Part shown: positions 10,966 to 22,652 of the stretch, piece after piece
How positions within the stretch are numbered: the stretch's first letter is position 1
Layout of the letters: each line of letters opens with the position of its first letter
From: Trichosphaerium sp. ATCC 40318
Lineage: Eukaryota > Protista > Tubulinea
Assembly: GCA_038496445.1 (NCBI GenBank)
Contig: JALMLS010000488.1
Coordinates: 248,001 to 312,000, forward strand
Reading direction: 5' to 3'
DNA: 64,000 nucleotides
Notes under the pieces: generated by a model
What the model saw: the letters and a program-made list of their open reading frames with translations, nothing else
What the model was told of the DNA's origin: nothing
Database searches by the model: none
Program-made: the position numbers and the translations under genes

Positions 10966-11787
10966 ATGGAAGAAAACAACACTATGCTAAAGATTATAAC
11001 ACTAAATGTTCTCATCGACAATGCTGATTGGATGCCAGGTATTGGGCGCATAACGCAATCACCTAAACGATTCAAGTATCAACTTGACCACGTAATATGC
11101 CCAAATGGCAATGCCTACGCTGATATAATCTGTTTAAATGAAGTAACTCAAAAATACTACAATACAATCATCTCAGACGCAAATCTTCTTTCAAACTACA
11201 ACGTACACTCTGTTAAACTCAAACCTTTCGGTAATGTGATACTAACAAAACGAAACCTGAAAGTAATAGACAAACATTCGTTCACTGTGGGTACACTATG
11301 GAGGACAGTTGTGTCTGTGACAGTACAGATTGACAATAATACAATGGTCAGCATTGTATGCGCTCACTTGTCTTCAAAAGCGAAGGGATGTGTTAAAAGA
11401 AAAGTAGAGATTGAAGAGATCTATAAAGAGTGCCTAAATCGTTATCAGGACCAAGGAACATCTCATGAAATACTCCTACTTGGTGACTTGAATTTTCAAA
11501 AGGAATTTGAAGAGATGTACTTCAAAGACATGTTCCATGATATGTGGAAAGTATTGAGACCTAATGATATTGGATACACTTATAATCCGACTTCAAACAA
11601 CTTTATAACGACTCTAAGGCCTTGGGAGCTTAGGCACTTTAGATTGGATAGAGTTCTTCTTATGGAAAGAAATATTGAGCATGTTCTTGCACCACGTGAT
11701 ATTAAGATAATTTGCAATCAACCTATTGCTCCTAAACTATTCCCATCAGATCATTTCGGCCTTTTTGTTGAGTTCCAGAGATTGTAG
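10966..11787 (+). CDS. Intronless EEP (endonuclease/exonuclease/phosphatase) family protein, TDP2-like
   Basis: Motifs ITLNV, DIICLNEV, CAHLSS, LLGDLN, GYTYNP, RLDRV, PSDHFGL. Confidence 0.9.
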   Translation: MEENNTMLKIITLNVLIDNADWMPGIGRITQSPKRFKYQLDHVICPNGNAYADIICLNEVTQKYYNTIISDANLLSNYNVHSVKLKPFGNVILTKRNLKVIDKHSFTVGTLWRTVVSVTVQIDNNTMVSIVCAHLSSKAKGCVKRKVEIEEIYKECLNRYQDQGTSHEILLLGDLNFQKEFEEMYFKDMFHDMWKVLRPNDIGYTYNPTSNNFITTLRPWELRHFRLDRVLLMERNIEHVLAPRDIKIICNQPIAPKLFPSDHFGLFVEFQRL

Positions 11788-12083
11788 AGCATCTGGGAAG
11801 CTCCGTGCTTATGTAAAATAAATTCTATGAATGCACTTCAAAAATACCAAATAAAGATGCTCCAGGTGGTGTTATTTTGCACTTGCTTGTGTTTACAAGA
11901 TATCTTTATGACTTGTTCTTTCCTTCTTACGTTACTTTCCCTTCATCGATTTTGGTAGGTCCAGAGAGGTTGAAATGAAGCAGCAAAGACAATGACACAA
12001 ATAGGACCTGTACATGAACTTTCGTTTTCTCAAATATTTCTGGTTTTATTTTTTTTTATTTTACTTCTAGACAAACAAATAAT

Positions 12084-15000
12084 TTATAGCTTTTCATCCT
12101 TCATGTGTTTTAGTTTTCCAACAATATCACTTGCAGAAGGCCTCTTTAGAGGATCCCAAGACCAACATCTAAGAAAAGAGTAAGAACGAAAATGATTAAA
12201 TCAACAATTGTTGTTTTTTTTTGCTTTTGATTTAATGTTCAACATCACACTTTCGTGCCTTCGTATAACGCGTCGTAAGTTTTGCGGGCAGTCTTCGCCA
12301 AGCTGGTTATACTTTTCTATTTTATTTTTCCACGTATACGTTGATACAGACACTAAAAAGTAATTGTTTAGTTCAGGTTTGAGGTAGTAAAATAAAAAAG
12401 GTTCATACGTTGGTCCAAGTTTCCCCAAGGTTTTTTGGATCTCCAAATTTCCCATAGTATAACACCTAAGCTCCAAACATCACATTTTTCAGTATAGCTC
12501 TTTGGTCCATCTGGATTCAAGCGCTCAGGAGCGGTCCATAAATTCCTTTAATTGAAGTTAGTTTAGCTACAACTCTAGGCTCGCTGAAACTAACCTTGGT
12601 AGAAATCCTTCGTCTTCACCTCTTACTTCCAGTGTATGTAAAGTAGGTACTCGTGTAAAATTAATACCAACATCGCTTAACTTCGCCGCATAGTCTTCTC
12701 CAACCTCTTTAAGTGTCAGAACATTTTTTCTAATCCATACAAGACATGATAAAAAACAGCAAAAAAAATCAACAATGTGTTGATGGAGTATATTGATTTG
12801 TGCTTACCAATACGTTTGGGCTTTTAACATTGCGATGGAAAATGCCATTTTGGTGTAAATATGAAAGACCTGTAGCAACTTGAAACGCTACACTATAGCC
12901 TTTTTTATCCCATTTAATAAATCCAGCGCCTATCACGTGCGTCAATAACAAAGTAAACACAAATTTATCGAACGAAAGTTTTAAGTATCGATACAAATTT
13001 TCTCGGCTTACGCTTCTTTATTAGCCAATCAAGACTACCCCATCGCATCATTTCTGTTATGACAAACCATTTAGGTCCTCTTTGAGCGTATCCCCAAACT
13101 GTCAAGATATTTGGATGACGAAGAAGTGAAAAAACAGCAACATGGAAACCAAACTTAGCAGCTATGGCCGAGTATGCTTTTGTATCATTTGCAGGTACTG
13201 TAATTTCCTTTATCGCAACTTCTAAGTCCTTCCATCTACCCATATATACTGTTGAGATATCTGTACGACCAAGTAGAATCCTAAAGTTAACGTGTGAGTG
13301 TGAGAACTTATTTTAGTTCATTTTTTTTGCATGCCTTCGTGATTTCTCTCCTTCTTTCTGTCGTTTTACAAAAGTAATATCCTTCATACTTATATTCAAT
13401 ATTTGAGATTGCGTTCTGAGTAAAACACGATCTAAAGAATCATCAGGAACAAAGACATTGCTAAAAAACGGGTTTTTTTTGTCCTTCAAACCTTCGTTTC
13501 CTCTGTCAATGGAGCGTCCTTTATCATTAGTCAGTAATATATATGTATTAGATTCAGGCTCTCCCGATCTATAAAATCTCCCAGGGTGATGCAGTAAATC
13601 AATAATCTAAGGAAAAGAAATGTTATATGAACACCATTTCTTGGTATTACTGTATCGCTTACCATTACCGATGTATCAAATGTAAGTGTATTCCATACGT
13701 AAGGTATCGTTCTAGTGTCTCCTTTTGGAAAACCCTGAAGAGAAGATCATTAGGCTTGCCAAATTAAGGAACAGAAACGTCGTACTTGGTAAAGTTTACA
13801 AGGAACGTCAGGTACAATTCTAGTAACCAAGTATTGAAATAATAAAGCTCTATGTCTGCAAAGTCCAAAGTCAAGCTCTCCAACAAAAACAGGAGCATCT
13901 CTAACATCTCTTTCTTGTAACTGAGATATATTCTGAGCACATAGCCTTTAACCCACGCAAAGAGACGTAAGCAAAAAAGATCTATTCATGAAAAAGAGGC
14001 AAAAGTTTAATCATTCTCTTCTTACCTTCCAAGCCCACTAGGGTTACCCCCAAGGCGACCAGCTACTAATTGGGCTAGTTTTCTTACTCTACGCCTACCA
14101 TTTTCTCTTTGCATTGGTCTTAACACTGTGCTTGCCAAGTTATAAAAGTCGCCCAATCTCTTGTCAATCGTTTTATCAACAATTATCGATTCTCGATCAG
14201 AAAATCCAGCGTATCTGAATCCATCTTCTATTGTATTACCTGTAACATTTGCACCTTGAACCTAAATAACAATAACATGTTATTCTTACAAACAATAAAA
14301 AAAATATGAAAATCACGTGCTGCGTTAACTGTATAATGTCGATGTTTCTGAACTGACGCATTAATTCTTCTTCTCAATGATTTAGAACCCTTTGAACTTG
14401 ATCTTCTTGTCAAACCTGCTCGTTTCATAGTACTCTGAGGAGCTAGTATAGGGTTTCAGTTACGGCTTATCTTTCTTTTAATGTTAATGTGATATACCTC
14501 GTGATCGTTTGAATTCAAGAATTGCAACATCATTCAGACTAGAACGAAATTGTGTACCTCCGAATATTACAATTTTTGAACCAATTACGCTAGCGGAGTG
14601 AAATAGTCTATGGTTTGGATATTCTCCATCAATTTTACATTTAATCCATCCTTCGCTTCCTTGTATTTCTTTTAAAATTGGTCCATTTCAAACAAAGAAA
14701 TTGATTGGTTTTCTGCACGTACCAGCTTGAAAAAGATAAACATCGTTAAAAACCAAGTCAGTCGTTCCGCCACCAAAGGCTATGAGTACTTCATCGTCTA
14801 CTGATGATACTGTAATTCCATATCTATTATTATGCGGATAATTTAGCACGTGTTTTTTCTACAATGAGGGGATAATGCTATGTACCTTGGTTCTAGTTCA
14901 TTTGGGATAAGTTGTATTTTATCCAAGTTAAAGTCTTCGCTTGCTTCAATATCAAAAGGAGCACAATAATCTACAAAAGCATCCATTCCTGCTGCTGTAC

Positions 15001-15933
15001 TATATTGCCAAAATGATACCAGATGACGCTTGAAAAATAAAGCAGAATTATAGCATACTTGCTTCGGTACGTTCAAATCTTTGACCTCCTGCCAAAGCCA
15101 TTTTTTTCCTTTTTTTTGTATCCAAATTAGAAAGAAATTACTTTTTCTAGTTTATATGTTACCTCGTTTTGTGAGCATCCACACGTCTTGATATCTCTTT
15201 TTATCGCCTCTACCACCAACAGTAATGATAGAGTTTTGAAGGGAAATACAACCACATAGCTTACGTGGAGCAGGGGAGTTCTTGACTTGAATTTTTGTAG
15301 CTGTTTTCTTACCTGTTTACAAAAAATGGAATTAGTCTTTAGGGATTTTTCTCTTATAACCTCACCAATGTCAAGCTTCCAAACATCATCGAAGTATCCT
15401 TCGCTATTAAAGCCACCATAAATAAATACACTTCCTTCTAAAAGAGCAGCAGAATGATATGCACGACTCTCGGGCATTTTATTGCTGAAGTTTGCCTTTG
15501 TCCATCTTTTAGCTCTAATATCGAGAATGTACGCGTCGTTGAAATAGCGCTTCAATTTTTCATCCGATTGATTGAGGAAGTACCCTTCACCACCTATATA
15601 AACACCTTTAATACCATGTGACAAATTACAAGGTATCACGTGCGCAAAACTGCTAAAAAAAAAGGCGAAAAACAAAAGTAATTAAAAAAAAACCTACTCG
15701 CGACAATACGCGCCACGTACCAAATATAAAGATGCGATGATCATCAAGAACTGTAGCAGAGTGACCTTGTCTTTCTAGCGGTGGTTTACCGGTTAAACTT
15801 ATTGGACTCCATTGAGGGTACCCAGCAGAAGTTCTAATGGAGAATGAATCGATTTTATATTTCTTTTGTTATTGGCGTACTCTTGAAGCGGTTGCTTTAC
15901 TTTGCGCTTATCGCTAATAATTTGGGCGGCCAT
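12084..15933 (-). CDS. Multi-exon Kelch-repeat / EDR1-like domain / TKL-type pseudokinase
   Basis: Kelch repeats (PLERQGHSATVLDDHRIFIFG; PESRAYHSAALLEGSVFIYGG; HRLFHSASVIGSKIVIFGG). EDR1-like GELDFGLCRHRALLFQYL. Kinase motifs VAIK, LRHPNIL, HRNVKSPN, KLSDVG, WTAPE, DVWSLG, CWSWDPLKRP. Confidence 0.85.
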
Positions 15934-16271
15934 CAAGGCGATTTCATTTATTTACAGCTATTGTACGATAATACAGCAGGCAATGAGATACGAAAAGTCG
16001 AACAATTTCAAAAAAAACTTTTTTAGGTAGCAACAAATGACGTTATAAATCACGTGGCTTCGACGGAGCCTTGCGAACCGATAACTTTGTGCTTTGTTCA
16101 CATCAAAAATTTACTGATCGTTCGTAGAAGCGCCTCAGTCGGATTGAAAGAGCACAGGAAGGGTTTAGGTAGCTTACTAAAAACAATAACGCGATCGATC
16201 GCCATCATTAATCAAGAAAGCAGTCATTGCTTGTTGAATTATTTTTTCAATACATTATATTATTACGACAT

Positions 16272-17944
16272 CTACTTCCTTTCTTTTTCGTCGTATCCAC
16301 ATTTCCTAAATCTCAAATGTTGGCCAGAAGTTTATTATTATTAATGCCATTTTTCAACTTACCAGTCAAAAGCAAAATCATGATGCTTATTATGCCATTT
16401 AACTCGCCATGCGCATAGAGAAATATCAGAGTATTCTTTAGTTGGTGTAATTTGATTAACAGTATCTTCAAACTCTTTAATAAATTCTGCTTTAAACGCA
16501 TACTTCTTGGTGAGCATTGCATACCTTGTAGACAAAATAAATGAGCTTACTACGAAAAAAAGAAAAGACGAAAGAAATGAGAAAAAGACAACGTACTTTA
16601 TTGCTCCCCAAAAAAATGGTATTCTAGGGATTCTGTAGATGTCCAGGTTCTTTCTATTTAGTGTATCCCATATCAGAGATGGAGGAAAGTCTTTAAGAGG
16701 GTCTACGATATCAGCTATATTATTTAAATTGGTCGCACTTGTTGTGTGATTAAGGAGTCCAAAAACGATATCTTTTTTGATTTTCAAAGCTACTTCTTTT
16801 CTTTCCTCACATATCTCTAATAGACACCTCAAGTGATTAAATATTCTTAGATTCTTTGCAATAACACAACCGATTGGAGTGTAATTTGGTGTTGGATCTG
16901 CTTGATCAGCAAGTTCAAGAAGTTCAGAGCACGTCATTTGAGTCCAAAAAGGTGACATCACTTCAGCTCCAGATAGAGAAATAATATCAATTACATTGCC
17001 TTGCCTTGGTGCCATGTACTTTCTTAAGTACTCTTTTGCTACTTCGAAAGCAGATAAAGGGTTTATATCAGCTAGTTTTTGAAATTCCTCTTCGTCTAAT
17101 CTAAATGTCCAAGGTTTTATTTTACGAAACTTATGACCTTCAGACTTTCTCTGTATTTCACCTGACACAATAATAATACCATTTGATGATACAATAGCCC
17201 TTTTTCTACTATTTGAACATAGTCTTCTTGAGATACGTCCAAAATAATCTGCGAAAAAAAAGGTAAACGTCAAAAATAGATAGAACAAAAAGAAAACACG
17301 TGATTTTTTGAAAATACTGGGTTGTCACAGACGATTGTTTCAATGTTGTGCCTTATGGCGTAACCATTTATTGGAGTGGCGAGAGATTTGCTCGGTAACT
17401 TTACACCGCTTATGATCACGTGGTTTTCAAAATGAAAATTGAAAAAAAAAACACTTACTGCCATTGTACGCATGACCTATCGCTGTAGATTCGAAAGGTA
17501 AATCGAAACCATGCTTTAGAACCAAAGGATCAACACAAGAAGGTTTTTCTAGTTGCAGTATTCGGACAGCCTTTGAAATCAAGCTAGCATCCATATCTAA
17601 GTAATCACAACATTGAATCACTTCTTTCAGCTACAATCTACGTCAGTACTTTACAGTTCACTATAAATACGATTACAACTCACTATTCCGATGTACTGTT
17701 GTCTTTCATGGGTACGTGAGATACTACAGAACGCGTCATAGATGTCTCCAACGTCTAGCTTGTAATTTTGAAGTAACCAAGCAAAACCATCCACAAAAGG
17801 CTTTAAAACAATCAAAAACTCGTCTTTTGTATTGTTATCCTCGATTTGAGTAAGTTGGGCGGTTAAAACTGTACTAAGAGCCACAAAATCCTTTGGAACT
17901 TCAAAAATAGTTGTATCCGTTCTTCCAACACGTGCTTGCAACAT
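16272..17944 (-). CDS. Multi-exon protein with an N-terminal SKP1/BTB-POZ-like region; start uncertain
   Basis: IFEVPKDFVALSTVL...LKEVIQCCDYLDM resembles the SKP1/BTB fold. A long exon at ~16595-17247 is in frame. Confidence 0.55.
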
Positions 17945-18165
17945 TTTTAAAATCAAAAAACGAAGTTTGAAATAAGTTGTGATCTACCGGCGTCTTAAGC
18001 TATGGTAATGATACTGGTATGTTTTTTAACCACATGGGATAATGGACAATACCGATAAAAATAAAAATAGTCACGTGATGTGTAAGACAAAGTCCATGAA
18101 ACGCTAGCTATATATTTCGTTTTTTTTTAATCTACACTTGTTCTACATACGTTGTTCTTTCTTTG

Positions 18166-19605
18166 CTAGTGCATGTCTATCTTGAACAATGTTTTTCTTT
18201 TGTTTTCTCCAATATATAGCACACCTCCATGGAAGTGCATACCGCATATTGCCTTGAGTACTGGATCGGTTTTAATCTCTACAACTTCGGGTACATTATG
18301 TGTAAGATAAATCTTTGACAGTCCACGTCCTGCTCCTCCAACATATAGGTCTCCTTTTGAATCAAACGCAATACCATAACAATCGTGATGATGGCGATGG
18401 ATTGTTGTTACTTTTCCTTTTGATATAAGACGAACATCTCTGTAATTACTGATAACGCATAAATCATTATTATGTGGATGTACAACAATACGCCATGGAT
18501 ATCTCCATCTTCCGAGAAACAATATATTAGTATACAAACGGGCTACCGTACTTACTTTGCTTGTTCTACCGGGCCATCCAATGTACCTCGCACTGAACAG
18601 GAACCTGATATTGTCTCTACAATACCAGAAGATGTAATGAGTTTTCGTATACAATGATTATCTTGGTCACAGAACAGAATGTTTTTATCATGATCAAGTG
18701 TAAGTCCACTTGGCCAACTAAACAGAGGCTTGTCGCCATCTTTATAACCTTGTCTTAGTTCAGAACCTGCCACAGTTCTTATAAACGAATGAGTTCATAA
18801 AACGACTAACAAATTCTTCAAGAAATGGCGTACCTTACAGTTCTATCCTCAATGTTAAAAGAACGAATAATGTGATTGCTCTTGTCTGTAAAGTACGCTA
18901 TATTACCGGCAAGTGCGATGCCTGTTGGGCACCACATACCTACGATAACTGGTGGCCAAACTTCCAAATAACGGTTTGACATACCTGTATCCTCTGCTCG
19001 TCCCTCAAGAGGCTTTCCCTTCGTATTTATTAAATGAGTCACCTTGTTGTCATCCTTGACATTACACACAGATAACTTATTGGCATTGTGATCAACTAAG
19101 AACACCTAACTTACATCTTTAACAAAAAAAACGAACCGAAACATTGAAATTCGTAGTCACGTGCCTCCCCACTATTGGTAGCTACTATCCCCGTTATTCT
19201 ATCAAATTCCTTTGCTTCAGGCAGTATACTAATAGCATTGTACACTGTTATATGATCCTACGAGTTAATAAAGTTAACGAACCGACGTTTTAAACACGTG
19301 TTTTTTAAAATATGTACCTTCACCATTGTAAGGCTTCCTAACGTTCGTGAAAGATATCTAGATACAGTGCGCAAGCATAGTATGGACGAAAGCGGTATTG
19401 ATTCTGAAATGACATGTACGAGTTCTGGTGGCAAATTACATAACGTTAAATGCTCTGTCAGGCATGAAAGTAAGTATTTACAGGTGCAGCGCATTGTTAA
19501 AACATCTTTCTTCGAGGTTGTGGTAGATATCATATAAACGATATCCTGGGGAAGTGTGCATAGTAAATTAATTCGTAACTTTGGTAAAGTTATTGGTGCT
19601 AACAT
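18166..19605 (-). CDS. Tandem F-box / NHL-repeat beta-propeller protein
   Basis: Two F-box-like motifs (LCTLPQDIVYMI...MRCTCKYL; LCNLPPELVHVI...LRTVSRYL). NHL repeats PTGIALAGNIAYFTDKSNHIIR and FSWPSGLTLDHDKNILFCDQDNHCIRK. Confidence 0.85.
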
Positions 19606-20354
19606 CTTAAAAACAAGTTGTACTAATTGAAAGCGAGAAAACTCAAAAAATTCAAAGTTTCTTTCACATCATTGTGACCTAAACCAACGGGCTCAAGCGA
19701 ACTCACCTCATACATAGAAATATGCCAATACCTTGAGATTGACTCTAAAATCGTTTGGACTAAAACTGGTCATACCAATCAGAAGCCAGAAATATCAATC
19801 GGCGCTATCATAAAGATGGTACTTTGTAAAATCCGAAAAAAAAGAGAAAATGATGTACACTGATTATTAGACTCAACCTTTCTCGCAGCAATGTTTGCCG
19901 TTTTGTTTAAGTTTCACTTGGCACCAATCAAGTACGGGAACTGATGTAATTGTGTTTTGATTGAATTTGGCTGGAGGATATGTTAATTATATACAACCAG
20001 GAAAAACAGTCTTACTTGGGGAGTATGGTAAATAATATACAATACATAAGGGCAGAGCAAAGAGAAAATAGATATCTCAGGACTGAGGTATCGGACACTC
20101 TAAAAAACCCGAAAAGTATGACAAAAATAAAGTGTTCTTCTGAAGTTTTGTTGTTGGTACAATCCAAGAGGATAAGATAGTAAACCAAAAGCGAAGGCTT
20201 GTTTACGCGTAAGGAACTATCAAGTGAGGATAAATTTTGTCGACAGTTTATTACAAGGCAATAAATAGCGTTGGACAAAAAACTCCACACATTTTTGTTT
20301 GCTAAAGGGTTGGTTTGTAGTGCTAGTAATGACGTTTAAATTTATTCTCAGCCT

Positions 20355-20756
20355 CTACTTCTCCAATTTCAACCGTTTTACTTCCTTTCTCAACGCCTCG
20401 CACTCGTCTTCTAGGTCTTCAATATGGTTTGCACACTCTAGGCAACATTGGTGAGTAATTGTTTTCATGCTAATAGTCTACCTTCTAAAGTATGTCCTAT
20501 TTTTTGCTTGCGACTCTTGGTCCATCCTGGACCTCTGGTATCACCAGTGTGATATTTCATTCCTTGTACCATTGCTTGGGTCTCTTTGACCATTTTTTTC
20601 TTCTCAGCGCTTCCGGGAGTGCGTGGGATTGGCTTTGTAGCTTTTTTGGGTGTTTGATAATCTCCCGCCTACAAAGAAACATGAGTGGCGTAAGCATTGG
20701 TAGCGTAAGCCAAAAACCATTCGCACGTTCGAAGCGTTCTTGTTAGGTTCAGCCAT
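20355..20756 (-). CDS. Small three-exon bHLH-ZIP-like / coiled-coil protein (absent from the ORF track)
   Basis: Spliced product MAEPNKNASNVRM|AGDYQTPKK...SAEKKKMVKETQAMVQGMKYHTG...KQKIGHTLE|ECANHIEDLEDECEALRKEVKRLKLEK*. Both introns are GT-AG. Confidence 0.6.
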
Positions 20757-22652
20757 GCGAGGTTGAGGCAGAGACTAACTCGAAAATTTGGGTTGGCTTT
20801 TCCACTCAACTCTCGCAGGTTGTGATTTAGTGCACATAGTAGACCAACTTTTTCGTAGTCACTAAGTCGCCAAAAACAACTTTTATGTGCCCTCTTTCAT
20901 ATGAGCATGTTTTTTGGCGCATATCACGTGATTTATGTTTGATACAACAACATAATTGTCAGAATAACTTTAATTTTTGTTTTAAAGTACATGTAAGCCG
21001 TCTGTGTTAATAAGTTTGGTGTTACTGATTTGAATGGTTATGTAAGAACCTATTCAAAATCGCATCATCTAATACTTCATGCTTGTCCCTTACAGTGAAG
21101 ATGAGTGTAACCATACAATGTATTTTACTTTGAGAAATGTTCGTTCATGGGAAGGACCGAGAATGGACTCACCTTAGCTCTATGGGCGATTTCCGTCTTT
21201 AAACTCATATAAATCGCTTATCCAGTGTAAAAACGCCCTGATGCCGCATCCTGAGATTACTTGAGTAAAGTCAACTTTTTTCACTTAATCGTGGTGTAGC
21301 ACTTTTTAGGCACTCATCGACACAATCCAGCTAGGTGTAGAAAAAACTACAAAAATATTTTGATTCTTTAACACTGCTGAACCCGAACAGCATAAGGAGC
21401 TCTACGTTGGGTTTTTATTGTGACAATCTAGGTTTCGCTTTCAATGTTACATGTGGTGAATAAAAAAACACTTTGGGCATGTGAAAACCAGTAATGCTGG
21501 TACGTATTTATTAATTTTAAAACAGTCCCAGTGCACGTAACTAAAGGATTCATTACACAATGTCTGGTTGCTAGCGATAATAACAGCTACTCATAAATTT
21601 GTTAACAACATTACAAACCTCTTGAGGAGCTATGCTTCAATGAGTGAAGTGATTCACTTCAGACATGAACTTTGTATCGAACAAAAGCGTGCCACAAAAC
21701 GGTACTCGCATGGTAGAACCAGGATAAACCAAAGCATAGTGAATAAGCATATTTGTAAGTTGGTATGGTAACAGCAATCTTCTGGGTGTTAGAAGTGAGT
21801 ACCTAGATGTCGACAAACATAATCCTAATTTTTAGTTCGTCATTACTCATAACCTACACCTTTTTCACCCCTCATAGTTGGGTGATGGGTTCCAGTAGGT
21901 AACTAAAACGTTTTAATGTTAGCCATGAACTACACTCTCACAGTGATGAACAAAACCGAGCTCAAAAAATGGATTATTGTTAATCTTTTTTATTGATAAA
22001 CCAGGTTAATTACAACTTTGAAGTCAAACCCAAATATTGTATTTGCCTTTCTCTGTATGGGAGCTATCTATCTATATCAAAAACCTGATATTGTAATATT
22101 TTCAAAAGCTCCATTGGAGTAGCTTCCGTAAGCATAGAATAAATTACAATATTTTGAAACATAGAAGTGCTGGTTCTTTTAAAAAAGTGTTAGTAGAAAT
22201 GGTTTGTGGTTATTGTGTAGCTACCTGCCATACTATCTTATCTTTAAGGGTCAATTTTGCTTGTTGATCATTAGGGTAGGAAACTAAACAAACCTGTAAG
22301 TTGTAGTGAACTAAAGCAAAAAAAAACGTGCATTGGCTTTTTTTCCAGTCGGTTTCACCTTTGTAAGCTTCTGGACCATACGCAGTACTTTGCCCTTGCT
22401 TTCAAATATATTAGAAGTACACATAAAACATAGTTCTTTGTGTTGAGCTTACGTATGTTATAGTAAATGTCACTGGCGGTGAATTAGTGATAAGATTAAA
22501 AAACCTATTATTGTAGTCCTTGGAATACTAATTAGAATCATTCTCAAGTACTATCACGTGACGTACACAGTCCCAGAAAAAGACAGACTTATGGACGTTT
22601 GTAATAAACTCGATATCTGAACTGCTTCCTACTAACCCAAAGTCTGTCTGCG

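Noticed and set aside
10966-11787. LINE retrotransposon endonuclease
   Set aside because: No reverse transcriptase, poly(A) tail or TSD; the ORF stops right after SDH.
20900-22600. Possible genes in the long intergenic stretch
   Set aside because: Only short stop-interrupted frames; no consistent exon chain or recognisable motif.
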